Origin: Acidimicrobiia bacterium
Lineage (GTDB): Bacteria > Actinomycetota > Acidimicrobiia > Spongiisociales > JAENVV01
Reading direction: 5' to 3'
DNA: 35,942 bases
Assembly (NCBI GenBank): GCA_041577335.1
Contig: JBFGJH010000032.1
Span: 1 to 35,942 of the forward strand
Shown here: one piece after another, positions 1-9,140 of the stretch
How the letters are laid out: each line of letters opens with the position of its first letter
Numbering within the stretch: the stretch's first letter is position 1
Position numbers and translations under genes: made by a program
The notes under the pieces: model-generated
Database searches by the model: none
Told to the model about the DNA's origin: nothing
The model's input: the letters and a program-made list of their open reading frames with translations, nothing else

Positions 1-1
1 C

Positions 2-823
2 GGGATCATCGGCGGCCTCGGTCACGATCTCGTGGCTATGTGTGTCGACGACCTCGCCGCCGTTGGAGCAACGCCGTTGGCATTCACCGACTACCTGGCC
101 ACCGGACGCATCGACCCGACCCGGGACGAACAGTTGGTGGGGTCGATTGCGGAGGCATGCCGGATTGCCGGGTGCGCGTTGTTGGGTGGGGAAACAGCCG
201 AACACCCCGGCGTCATGGATTCCGAAACGTTCGATCTCGCCGGCGCCGCACTGGGGATCGTCGAACGGGGAGCCGAGGTCGACGGGTCCGCCGTGGAGGC
301 GGGCGATCTCATCATCGGTGTCATGAGCCCGAATCTTCGCTCCAACGGCTTCTCACTGATTCGGTCGATCTTCGACCTCGACGCCCTCTCTGACCCATTC
401 CCCGGAGAGCCGGCGCGCACCACTGGCGAAGTGCTCACAGAGCCATCGGTCATCTACGCACCCTCGATCCAAGCGGTCATCGCCACAGGGCATGTAACCG
501 GTCTCGCCCACATCAGCGGCGGTGGTCTCCCCGGCAACGCCGGGCGGCCCCTCTCCGGCGGGCTGAGCGCTCGCATCGATTTCGGCTCGTGGCGACCACC
601 CAACGTGTTCGAAGTCGTTCAAGACAAAGGGAGGATCTCGACCGCTGAGATGTTCGCCACATTCAATATGGGGATTGGTTTTGTCGTATATGCGAGGCCA
701 GGTGCATATGCGGAAATCAGCACCTCTTTGCTCGACCACGGCCACCCGAGCTCTGTCATCGGTGAAGTCGTCCGGGGTCACGCAGCGGTGACAATCGCCG
801 AGTTGCCGACAGGGCTCGATTGA
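2..823 (+). CDS. purM: Phosphoribosylformylglycinamidine cyclo-ligase (AIR synthetase), 5'-truncated by the window edge
   Basis: GHDLVAMCVDDL, LLGGETAEHPG, SNGFSL, HISGGG and TFNMGIG motifs; the frame is open back to position 2. Confidence 0.95.
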   Translation, partial: GIIGGLGHDLVAMCVDDLAAVGATPLAFTDYLATGRIDPTRDEQLVGSIAEACRIAGCALLGGETAEHPGVMDSETFDLAGAALGIVERGAEVDGSAVEAGDLIIGVMSPNLRSNGFSLIRSIFDLDALSDPFPGEPARTTGEVLTEPSVIYAPSIQAVIATGHVTGLAHISGGGLPGNAGRPLSGGLSARIDFGSWRPPNVFEVVQDKGRISTAEMFATFNMGIGFVVYARPGAYAEISTSLLDHGHPSSVIGEVVRGHAAVTIAELPTGLD

Positions 824-888
824 CACGGCTGGGCGAAGAAACTCTTCCTTGACTGGACAACCACATCACGGGCAGGTAGAACTGGCAG

Positions 889-961
889 GCCGGCTAGTCC
901 CTGGCGGGGCTCTCTCGAGCCCCAGAGCCGGCACGAAGGGGGCTCTTCGGAGCCTCCTTCG
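889..961 (+). ncRNA. Candidate two-hairpin sRNA with a 6C-RNA-like 5' stem
   Basis: GCCGGCT(889-895) pairs with AGCCGGC(926-932) and encloses GGGGCTC-tctc-GAGCCCC. A 12-bp hairpin with a C(UUCG)G loop follows (934-961). TGGACA-17-TAGAAC lies upstream (854-882). Confidence 0.55.
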
Positions 962-981
962 CTTGCGCACATGCCGATCAT

Positions 982-2475
982 TCAACCTGCGGGCCGCAAT
1001 GATCTGGCCGGGCGATCCGACGCGGCCAGCATCGCCGACCACATCACAACCAGTGCCGCCGACGACATGGCAGCGACGGCTACCCAGTCGCCCCAGCGGG
1101 TATACAACGTCTTTCTGGCGCCGATCCCCCGGATCTCGCCATCGATGACAGTGGCTTCGTAGAGTCCTGTCGGCGCCATCACAGAGCCACCCTGAGTGAT
1201 GATGGTCGATGATCCCGTGATGGCGCCGTGGATGACATCGACGCCTAGCTCGGCGGATCGCATTCTCGACATCCCGATGAGTTGGTCAGAGGCCGGCGAC
1301 TCGCCGTAGGAAGCCTCATTGGAGGCGACCACGAGCACCTCACCGCCGGCTGCCACGGCGTCGCGGGCGTAGCGGGCGAAAGCGACTTCGAAGGAGATCA
1401 GAGAACCTACGGGAATGCCTCCAATGTCAGCCAAGACCGGGCCTTCTCCTCTCACCATGTCACGGGGCACTTGATCCGTGACTGATAGCCGCCCAAACAG
1501 CGAGCGCACCGGAACGTATTCACCGAACGGCACCGGGTGGATCTTGCGGATCTCTGTCTGGTATCGGCCGTCGGGATCGAACACCACGATGGAGTTCACG
1601 AAAGTCGAGTCGCTGTCGGGGCGGTCGCCGCCGACGATCAGATGAGCGTCGAGACGGACAGCCTCCGCAGCCACGAGATCGCGCTGCTCCGACGCGGCGA
1701 GCGGATCAAACGTCGTCGCCGACTCGGCCCACGCCACCAAATCCACCGTACCGGGTGCGATCTGGCGAGTGAGCTCGAGGTGACTGTCGAAGATCCCTTG
1801 CCGCTCACCGATGCAGTGCTCGGCGCATGGTGTGTTTCCCTGGACAATGGCGACACGTAACACCTCTCCCTCGGGTCCTGTCGCAAGAATTGCCGCGGCG
1901 CCGGCGAGGAGAAACACGGCGACCACGCCCACGATGAAGGGGCGCCACGAGGTCCACGGCACCACCAACGCCGCCAGCGTTGCGAAGATGACTCCCCAGC
2001 CGGAGGTCCCGATCCAGGGAGCGACGTCTCGCATCCAGGCGAGCTCGCCGGCCGGGTATCCGAGAGCGCCCCATTCGAGGCCTCCAAATGGCAGACGTGC
2101 CCGGGCGAACTCCGCCGCCGCCCAGCCGCCCGACACCACCACCACCCACTTCCATCCCGTCTGGCCTCGGAAGGCGTAGCCGAGCATGGCAAACAAGGCA
2201 AAGAAGGTGACCTGCGAGATGATCAGGCCCACCAACGCTTCCCAGCCCAGGTTGACCAGCCACCACATGAGAGACCCCATGAACACCGAACCAAAAAGGA
2301 CACCGACCGCAAGCGCCATGCTCACGGAACGACAGCGGCGGATGGCCGCGAGAAACAGTGCCGGCCCGACGACCGCCAAGGGCACCCAGCCCACAGGGGG
2401 ATAGGCCAACGTCAGCAGAAGACCGGCCAGAAACGCCATGAGTACGGGGGGCCAGCCGGCCATTGAATCGGTCAC
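982..2475 (-). CDS. lnt: Apolipoprotein N-acyltransferase
   Basis: N-terminal TM helices, then QGN, WAES, KIHPVPFGEYVP and ISFEVAF nitrilase-fold motifs. Start is GTG 2475 (after TACAAT) or ATG 2463; the ORF-track extension to 3756 is spurious. Confidence 0.92.
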   Translation of the reverse strand: MTDSMAGWPPVLMAFLAGLLLTLAYPPVGWVPLAVVGPALFLAAIRRCRSVSMALAVGVLFGSVFMGSLMWWLVNLGWEALVGLIISQVTFFALFAMLGYAFRGQTGWKWVVVVSGGWAAAEFARARLPFGGLEWGALGYPAGELAWMRDVAPWIGTSGWGVIFATLAALVVPWTSWRPFIVGVVAVFLLAGAAAILATGPEGEVLRVAIVQGNTPCAEHCIGERQGIFDSHLELTRQIAPGTVDLVAWAESATTFDPLAASEQRDLVAAEAVRLDAHLIVGGDRPDSDSTFVNSIVVFDPDGRYQTEIRKIHPVPFGEYVPVRSLFGRLSVTDQVPRDMVRGEGPVLADIGGIPVGSLISFEVAFARYARDAVAAGGEVLVVASNEASYGESPASDQLIGMSRMRSAELGVDVIHGAITGSSTIITQGGSVMAPTGLYEATVIDGEIRGIGARKTLYTRWGDWVAVAAMSSAALVVMWSAMLAASDRPARSLRPAG

Positions 2476-2517
2476 CGGCGGTGATTGTACGACCCACGAC
2501 TCGCTTAGAGTGTCGTG

Positions 2518-3279
2518 GTGACCGATCTCGAACTCGCCCAAATGGCGGCCCAACAAGCTGCGGCCGTCATTCGGGGCCACTTTGCGACCGCCACTCCCAC
2601 CGAGTTCAAAGGTGCCGTCGATCCGGTGACCGCAGTTGATCGGGCAGCTGAAGCGCTCGTTCGAGCCGTGCTTTCCGAGCATCGTCCCGACGACGCCGTC
2701 GTCGGCGAAGAAGAGGGTGGTCACGCATCGAGCGGGCGAACCTGGATCGTCGATCCGCTCGACGGCACCATCAACTTCGTTCACCGCCTCCCCCACGTCG
2801 CCGTGAGTATTGCTTTGTACGAAGGAGCGACCGGGCTTGTCGGCGTCATTGTTGACGTGATGCATGACGAGCTCTTTGCCGCCCGGCGGGGCGCCGGAGC
2901 AACCCTCAACGGGTCGCCGATGGCGGTTTCGGAAGCTGCGCGCCTGGACCAAGCGCTGGTCGCGATCGGTTTTCCGTACGACCGACGGGAGAAGGCACAA
3001 CAGTACGGCTCCACGGTGGTTCGCATACTCGAGCGTGCCCGGGGGATCCGCCGGTTGGGAGCTGCAGCACTCGACCTTGCCTACGTCGCCGCCGGCCGGG
3101 TCGATGGGTATGTCGAGCACTCCCTGCAGCCGTGGGACGTCGCTGCCGGAGCGGTCATCCTGCACGAGGCGGGCGGACGGATCACGTCTGAGCACGACAC
3201 GCCTCGGCCGGTGATGTCGACTGGGCCGGTGGTTGCATCCAACGGCCACATTCACCCCGAGCTTCTCGGGGTTATCTGA
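2518..3279 (+). CDS. suhB: Inositol monophosphatase family protein (SuhB-like)
   Basis: DPVTAVD, GEE, WIVDPLDGTINF, RRLGAAALDLAYVAAGRVDG and WDVAAG motifs; TAGAGT -10 then GTG. Confidence 0.92.
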   Translation: MTDLELAQMAAQQAAAVIRGHFATATPTEFKGAVDPVTAVDRAAEALVRAVLSEHRPDDAVVGEEEGGHASSGRTWIVDPLDGTINFVHRLPHVAVSIALYEGATGLVGVIVDVMHDELFAARRGAGATLNGSPMAVSEAARLDQALVAIGFPYDRREKAQQYGSTVVRILERARGIRRLGAAALDLAYVAAGRVDGYVEHSLQPWDVAAGAVILHEAGGRITSEHDTPRPVMSTGPVVASNGHIHPELLGVI

Positions 3280-3307
3280 TCTCTGTGTGGCGAGATAGGA
3301 TCGGCGG

Positions 3308-4297
3308 ATGTTCGAAGAGGGAATCCGGGCGTTCTGGGAGTGGTGGCAGGCCGGTGGGCGCCAGCTGCTCGAGTCGGCGATCGCGGGTGAAGAAGGCGAT
3401 GACCTCCCGGGCACCATCTCAGGGCTTGTTTCCGATATCCATCCGTCGCTGCAATGGCAGCTCGCCCCCGGGATGGTGGCCGAGCACTCGCTGGCTCTGT
3501 CGGGGGGAGGCTTGGGCACCCTACGCATCATCGCCCAGCAGTGGGCAGAAGGCGCACCCGATGAGCCCTCCGGGTGGGAATTCCACGGAGCTCGTATTCC
3601 GATCGAGCCACCGTACCTCACGATCGAGGGAGTAGCTCTCGACCCGACCCAGCTGACGTGGGTTGCCGAGGAAGACACCGTGTACGAGCAGCTCGACGTC
3701 GGTGTCTTCGTGCCCGGTTTTGAGGTGCTCGACGACGCGGCACGTATGCAAGCCATTCTGACCTACCTCGACGCGGTGTTGGGTGAGGACAAGAGCGAGA
3801 CATGGATTGGCATCATCGAACCGCTCGCCGAGCCTCCCCGGGGCGGTCGGCCGCTACGCGATCTCGCCGATCGAGTGGCGTCGTACGCCGCCACAACGAC
3901 GGGAGAGGGGTGGGAAATCATCGAAATGGAGGAGTATGGGGCGTACACCATCGCCACGATCAACCGGGCGCTCAAACACCTCCACCATCTGGACAAGGTC
4001 CTCCACTGCGAGATCATCGTTGGGATGAACGACACCACGCAGTTGGGCCTACCCACCGACGTAGAGACTGCCGATCAAGGGGAGATCGAAGACGACGCTC
4101 TCGAGACGATCGGCGACCAGGGGATCTTCCTGGGTCGCGAGACGATCGCCGGGCACCGCCACCTGCACTTCTTCGTCAAAGACAGTGAGACGTTCGCGGA
4201 AGACATCGCTGACTGGGCGGAAGAGTTCGACTCTCACGCAGTCGAGGCAATCGTGACGCTAGACCCAGACTGGTCGATCCTCAACCGTTGGCTCTGA
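3308..4297 (+). CDS. Acidic hypothetical protein with a probable DUF695-like C-terminal domain
   Basis: 329-aa ORF with a leaderless start (TAGGAT-6nt-ATG); N-terminal FWEWW, C-terminal GRETIAGHRHLHFF...DPDW; TGATG-coupled to the next gene. Confidence 0.65.
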   Translation: MFEEGIRAFWEWWQAGGRQLLESAIAGEEGDDLPGTISGLVSDIHPSLQWQLAPGMVAEHSLALSGGGLGTLRIIAQQWAEGAPDEPSGWEFHGARIPIEPPYLTIEGVALDPTQLTWVAEEDTVYEQLDVGVFVPGFEVLDDAARMQAILTYLDAVLGEDKSETWIGIIEPLAEPPRGGRPLRDLADRVASYAATTTGEGWEIIEMEEYGAYTIATINRALKHLHHLDKVLHCEIIVGMNDTTQLGLPTDVETADQGEIEDDALETIGDQGIFLGRETIAGHRHLHFFVKDSETFAEDIADWAEEFDSHAVEAIVTLDPDWSILNRWL

Positions 4298-5871
4298 TGA
4301 GGCAGACCCTGCTCGTCGGTGATCGAGTACGCCGTGCGACCGGCATCGTTGGCGACGCGATCCTGATCGGTTCGGGGAGAATCGAAACCGTGGGTTGGGC
4401 CGACCAGCTGCGACGACCGGGCCTGGCCGAAGAGCGCTACCCGGGGACGACGATCGTGCCTGGTCTCGGCGACGCCCACTTCCATCCCTGCGGATACACG
4501 GCGGCGCTCACCCGCCTCAATGTCTCGTCCGCCGAGTCATTCGACGACCTGATCCGCCTGGTGCGGTCCGTCGCCACCGAGACTCCCGCAGGGAGCTCCA
4601 TCGTGGGGACGCGGCTCGACGACGAACACCTCATCGAACGGCAGCTCCCCGATCGAACGGTCCTCGATCAGGCTTCGCAATCACATCCCCTCTTGCTCTA
4701 TCGCTATTGCGGGCACGTTGCCGTCGCCAACACCCTGGCGCTCGCCGAGGCGGGGATCGACTCCAGCACTCCCGATCCTCCTGGCGGCGTCATCGATCGG
4801 GACTCGTCGGGTGTTCCGACGGGTGTGCTGCGCGAGACGGCCATCGAATCGGTGGGGGACCGGGTTGGAAACCGCTCGAAGGGACAAACACCCGACGAGC
4901 TCAACCGAGCCCTACGCGGGCTCGTGCAGCAGGGCCTCACCAGGTTGGGCGCGATCGTGAGCGTGGGCCAGGGCGTCTTCTGTGGTGTCGGCGACGAGCT
5001 CGAGCTGCTGTGTTCCGCGGCTCCCGAGCTTCCCCTCGATGTATCGGTGTTCGTGATTGCGGCGACAGCCTCTGATCTCGAATCGGCAGCCAACCGGTTA
5101 GCCAAGGCGGGACGGCGCGTGTCCTTCGCAGGCCTCAAGGTCTTCGCCGACGGATCATTGGGAGGCCAGACCGCGGCCATGGACGAGCCCTACGCCGACG
5201 GACCTGACAACACCGGCACCCTCCGGTTCGACGATCGCACCGTCGACCCAATCGCACGGGCCGCCATCGACCTCGGAGGAGGAGTCGTGGTCCACGCAAT
5301 CGGAGACCGCGCCAACCGCATCGTGCTCGACTACATGTCGAGCCTCCGCGCCGACCACCCCGACGCATTGCTCAGGGTGGAACATGCCTCTGTCCTGGCC
5401 GAGAGCGACATTGGCCGCTTCGCCGAACTCGGCGTATTCGCCTCGGTCCAGCCTGCATTCATGGCCAGCGAAACCGACTGGCTCGAGCGACGGCTCGGCT
5501 CCGCACGTTTGGCCCGCACGTATCCCTTCCGAGCTCTCACCGACGCCGGCGCCGTCCTCGCCGGCGGATCGGACTGCCCGGTCGAGCCTCCAGACCCACT
5601 CATGGGGATGGCGGCAGCTCGCGACCGTTGTGGGATCGTCCCTGATCAGGCCCTCACCGGTGCGGAGGCGCTCGCCATGTTCACCGATGGTGTGACACTC
5701 GGGCTGGGCCTCCTCGATCCGCTCTCTCCCGGGGCCCGGGCGCACCTGACGTTCCTCGATCAGGACCCGGTGGAGGTCCCGGCCGACCGTCTCAGAACGA
5801 CACACGTTGTATCGACGTGGATCGACGGCGAGAGCGTTCCGGTCGATCCAAATGCCTTGGTTTGGTCATAG
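4297..5871 (+). CDS. Amidohydrolase, YtcJ-like (amidohydro_3)
   Basis: PGLGDAHFH, KVFADGSLG, HAIGDRA, RVEHAS and GSDCPV motifs. Confidence 0.9.
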   Translation: MRQTLLVGDRVRRATGIVGDAILIGSGRIETVGWADQLRRPGLAEERYPGTTIVPGLGDAHFHPCGYTAALTRLNVSSAESFDDLIRLVRSVATETPAGSSIVGTRLDDEHLIERQLPDRTVLDQASQSHPLLLYRYCGHVAVANTLALAEAGIDSSTPDPPGGVIDRDSSGVPTGVLRETAIESVGDRVGNRSKGQTPDELNRALRGLVQQGLTRLGAIVSVGQGVFCGVGDELELLCSAAPELPLDVSVFVIAATASDLESAANRLAKAGRRVSFAGLKVFADGSLGGQTAAMDEPYADGPDNTGTLRFDDRTVDPIARAAIDLGGGVVVHAIGDRANRIVLDYMSSLRADHPDALLRVEHASVLAESDIGRFAELGVFASVQPAFMASETDWLERRLGSARLARTYPFRALTDAGAVLAGGSDCPVEPPDPLMGMAAARDRCGIVPDQALTGAEALAMFTDGVTLGLGLLDPLSPGARAHLTFLDQDPVEVPADRLRTTHVVSTWIDGESVPVDPNALVWS

Positions 5872-5888
5872 GCGCTTACAATCGCTCC

Positions 5889-6125
5889 ATGCGCATATCG
5901 ATCGAATACTGCAGCCAGTGAAACTATCTTCCCCGTGCGGTCAGCACGGCCGAAGAGCTCCTCGAGAGTTTCCCGCTGGATGAGCTGACGCTCATCCCGT
6001 CCGGAGGCGGGCGGTTTGAAGTCGTCGTCGACGGCGAGCATCTCGTCTACAGCAAGAAGGAAACCGGACGCCACGCCGAGGATGGCGAAGTCAAGGCCGC
6101 CGTTGCCGGGATGGCGGACGGATAG
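5889..6125 (+). CDS. SelW/Rdx family selenoprotein (CxxU; UGA 5919-5921 read as Sec)
   Basis: Translates as MRISIEYCSQ-U-NYLPRAVSTAEELLESFPLDELTLIPSGGGRFEVVVDGEHLVYSKKETGRHAEDGEVKAAVAGMADG*; Rdx motifs lie on both sides of the UGA; TACAAT -10 at 5877-5882. Confidence 0.9.
5927..5956 (+). promoter_or_regulatory. Bacterial SECIS element
   Basis: CCGTGC-GGTCA-GCACGG hairpin (5933-5949) starts 11 nt after the UGA; lower stem TCTTC/GAAGA. Confidence 0.75.
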
Positions 6126-6246
6126 CTCGCCGCACTGGTCGCCTCCCCCGCAAGCCAACCCGGTCGGCCAGCACAGGGTGAGCGCATCAGCGATCGCCCG
6201 CCGGTGAGGCAGCAGCTCAGCGCCCATCGAACGCTACCCTTTCCCG

Positions 6247-8202
6247 ATGTTTGACTACACCTCGGTGACCCCAGAATCGATTCGCGAAGACATGGAGGCG
6301 GTGATTGCCACTGCCGACGCGATGGTCGATAGGATCGTGTCGGAATCAGACCCTCGCACGTTCGCAAACACCGTCCAGCCCATCGAAACACTCGGCGCCG
6401 CCATGGGCGACGCCTACGGTCGCGGGCCTTTCCTCGGCAACGCCGCCGTCGATGAGGACGTGCGCAACGCCGCCCGGGCCGCCGAGGAACGACAGGCCAA
6501 ATGGCATGTCGATCTGATCACTCGTGACGACCTGTACGAAGCGATTCGCTCATACGCCGATGACTCCGCTTCCTCCAACCTCGAGCCGGAGCCTCGTCGC
6601 TTCCTCGACTTTCTTCTGCGCGACTTCGAGATGGCGGGGCACGGACTCGAGAGTGAAGCCCGCGCCCGGCTGAAGGTGATCAATACCCGCCTCGTCGAGA
6701 TCGGCATTCAATTTGCGCGAAACCTCGCCGAGTACGAGGACTTCTTGGTGGTCACATCTGCTGACCTCGAGGGCCTTCCCCCGTCCTACGAGGGGCAGCT
6801 CAAACAAGGCGAGAAGCAGGGAACATTCCTCATCTCCATGGAGTATCCCGATGTGGTGCCGTTCATGGAGAACGCCAAACGCCGCGACCTGCGCCAGGCG
6901 CTCAGCGCTCGATTCAACAGCCGTGCCGTGCAGGAGAACCGCCCTCTCCTCGAAGAGGCGGTCGAGTTGAGAGCGGAAACCGCACGATTATTCGAAGTGG
7001 ATTCTTGGGCCCACTATCGCATGCAGGAGAAGATGGCCAAGCAGCCGGAGCGAGTCGAGGAGTTCTACTCGTCGCTGATCCCACCGCTGCAGGCAAAGGC
7101 ACGAAACGAAATGGACGAGTTGAGCCGGCTGTTGGCCAACGACGCCGAGGGTACGGAGTTCCAGGCCTGGGATTGGCGCTACTACCACACTCAGGTCAAG
7201 CGCACGGACTACGGCCTCGACCCCATGGAGGTTGCATCGTACTTCCCACTCGAGCAGGTCGTCGGTGGGATGCTCTCGCTCACCGCAGAGGTATTCGGCC
7301 TGACCTATCACGAAATCGCAGAGACCAACGCCTGGCACGACGACGTCCGGCTGTACGAGATTCGAGACACCGCCACCGGCGCGCATGTCGCTCACTTCTA
7401 CATGGACCTGTTCCCGCGAGACGGGAAGTTCGGGCATGCTGCCGCCTGGCCGCTCGTTCATGCCCGAAGCTCAGACGGCCAAGCCGTTCGCCCAGTGAGT
7501 GCCATCCTGGCCAACTTCACGAAGCCCACCGCCGAACGGCCGTCGCTGCTCCAACACACCGAAGTGGTGACCTTGTTCCACGAATTCGGCCACATCCTCC
7601 ACATGTCACTTGCTGACACGCTCTTCAGCCGATTCTCGGGAGCGAGCACCGAATGGGATTTCGTGGAGGCACCCTCACAGATCATGGAGCACTGGTGCTA
7701 CAAACCGGCCGTTCTGCAACGATTCGCCAAGCACTACGAATCGGGCAACCCGATCCCCGCCGAGTTGGTGCAACAGCTCGAGGCGGCCCGCAATCTCCAC
7801 GTCGGCATCTCGACAATGCGCCAGATCTCTTTCGGGGTGCTCGATATGGGTATGCACGGGCCGAAGCACCTGTCGCTCGACGAGGCGCTGGCCGAGGCAA
7901 CCGCCGTCTCGCTCTTCCCATTCCAGGAGGGAACGTTCTTCCCTGCCTCGTTCGGGCACATGTTCGGGTATGACGCCGGGTATTACGGATACCTGTGGTC
8001 GGAGGTTTTTGGTGACGACATGTTCTCGATGTTCGAGGAGTCCGGAGTCACCGACCCGGGCATCGGCATGCGGTATCGCAAAGAGATTCTCGAACCGAAC
8101 GGCAGCAGGGATGCCGACGACCTCTTGCTCGCGTTCCTGGGCCGTGCTCCGTCGAATCGGGCGTTCCTAGCCAAGCTCGGTATCGACGCGAACGACTTGT
8201 GA
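6247..8202 (+). CDS. M3A family Zn oligopeptidase (thimet oligopeptidase / oligopeptidase A-like)
   Basis: FHEFGHILH, DFVEAPSQIME, FYMDLFPRDGK and GYDAGYYGYLWSEV motifs. Confidence 0.93.
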   Translation: MFDYTSVTPESIREDMEAVIATADAMVDRIVSESDPRTFANTVQPIETLGAAMGDAYGRGPFLGNAAVDEDVRNAARAAEERQAKWHVDLITRDDLYEAIRSYADDSASSNLEPEPRRFLDFLLRDFEMAGHGLESEARARLKVINTRLVEIGIQFARNLAEYEDFLVVTSADLEGLPPSYEGQLKQGEKQGTFLISMEYPDVVPFMENAKRRDLRQALSARFNSRAVQENRPLLEEAVELRAETARLFEVDSWAHYRMQEKMAKQPERVEEFYSSLIPPLQAKARNEMDELSRLLANDAEGTEFQAWDWRYYHTQVKRTDYGLDPMEVASYFPLEQVVGGMLSLTAEVFGLTYHEIAETNAWHDDVRLYEIRDTATGAHVAHFYMDLFPRDGKFGHAAAWPLVHARSSDGQAVRPVSAILANFTKPTAERPSLLQHTEVVTLFHEFGHILHMSLADTLFSRFSGASTEWDFVEAPSQIMEHWCYKPAVLQRFAKHYESGNPIPAELVQQLEAARNLHVGISTMRQISFGVLDMGMHGPKHLSLDEALAEATAVSLFPFQEGTFFPASFGHMFGYDAGYYGYLWSEVFGDDMFSMFEESGVTDPGIGMRYRKEILEPNGSRDADDLLLAFLGRAPSNRAFLAKLGIDANDL

Positions 8203-8205
8203 GCA

Positions 8206-8365
8206 GAAATGCCGAGACCCCGAGGAGGGACTCCGGGGTCTCGGCTGCTGGACCGGTTGGAGGGTGTCCAGCACGCAGCGCCGTGGGGATGACGAGCCCG
8301 AGGTAGCAGGCCCGTCGGGCACTGCGTCGATCTCAGATGTCTGGGAGGTCGCCTCGACCTCCCGT
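8206..8365 (-). ncRNA. Candidate multi-hairpin structured RNA or 3' UTR with C-rich loops, ending in a terminator-like hairpin
   Basis: Four consecutive stems (8343-8363, 8273-8327, 8246-8273, 8211-8245). G-U pairs form only on the minus strand. Unpaired segments include GCUACCUC, AUCCCCAC, ACCCUCCAACCG and GUCCCUCC. Confidence 0.5.
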
Positions 8366-8370
8366 CACTC

Positions 8371-8571
8371 TTACATTCCGTCGGCGACGATCCGGCCCCG
8401 GACCCGGGGGAAGCGGACGGGGGCATGGGAATAGCAGAATTCCCGTCGGTTGTATTGAGAGAGCTTGGTGTCGCAGCCACTCTCGGCGCAGACTCGCCCG
8501 GCCTTCACCGTTCGAGACGGCCGAGCAGAACCCACGATGCGGCGACCCTTTACCGTCGTCGTATCAGCCAT
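8371..8571 (-). CDS. Small basic protein with a putative C-x4-C-x12-C-x2-H zinc finger
   Basis: 66 aa containing RVCAESGCDTKLSQYNRREFCYSH; strong RBS AAAGGAGG. Confidence 0.75.
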   Translation of the reverse strand: MADTTTVKGRRIVGSARPSRTVKAGRVCAESGCDTKLSQYNRREFCYSHAPVRFPRVRGRIVADGM

Positions 8572-8617
8572 GCTGTTGGCCTCCTTTGATGTCTCACCTT
8601 TATCAACATCTGTCGTT

Positions 8618-8633
8618 TGTGATCTATTTCACG
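8618..8633. promoter_or_regulatory. CRP/GlxR-type binding site
   Basis: TGTGA-tctatt-TCACG, a 9/10 match to TGTGA-N6-TCACA, upstream of the small Zn-finger gene. Confidence 0.55.
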
Positions 8634-8808
8634 AACTTTCTGGCTTGTGTACGGGTTATACGCAGCCGGGAGCCGTTTGGTTCCCCAATTAAGAGGATTC
8701 CCGTCCATCCTGAGAGCACGCTGTGAATAGCCGGTGAACTGCCGCCGAACATCGCGGGAACCCCTTGGCAGCAACGGCGACCACGCCTGGTAACGGAATC
8801 CAGCGCCT

Positions 8809-8836
8809 TACCCCACCCCTGGTGGGGTGGTATGAT
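8809..8836 (+). promoter_or_regulatory. CsoR operator next to the -10 box (TATGAT) of leaderless csoR
   Basis: TACCCCACC-cct-GGTGGGGT(GGTA) C/G-tract inverted repeat, typical of CsoR operators. Confidence 0.75.
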
Positions 8837-8843
8837 GGCATCC

Positions 8844-9140
8844 ATGAAGGAAACCCACAAGGCAAATGCGTTGAATCGACTGAAGACTGTGCGGGGCCAC
8901 CTCGACTCGGTGATCACCATGGTCGAGGCCGAGCGCTATTGCCCGGAGATCATGAAGCAGGTCTCAGCGCTGCAGGGGTCATTGGAGGGCGTCAATAGGG
9001 TCCTGCTGCAGAATCACCTCGAGACCTGCGTGGCTCACGCCGTCTCGGAAGGGCGCACCGGAGAAATCGTCGATGAGCTGCTCGAGACCATGCGATACAC
9101 GGCGGCAGTCACCGGGCCATCCCGAAGCAAGGAGAACTAG
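8844..9140 (+). CDS. csoR: Copper-sensing repressor CsoR
   Basis: RLKTVRGHL, YC and NHLETC (Cys-His-Cys ligands); directly upstream of copZ-copA. Confidence 0.92.
   Translation: MKETHKANALNRLKTVRGHLDSVITMVEAERYCPEIMKQVSALQGSLEGVNRVLLQNHLETCVAHAVSEGRTGEIVDELLETMRYTAAVTGPSRSKEN

Noticed and set aside
2476..3756. 924-aa ORF suggesting a large N-terminal extension or fusion on Lnt
   Set aside because: The extension is the antisense shadow of suhB and the 3308 gene; Lnt-like sequence and a -10 box start near 2475.
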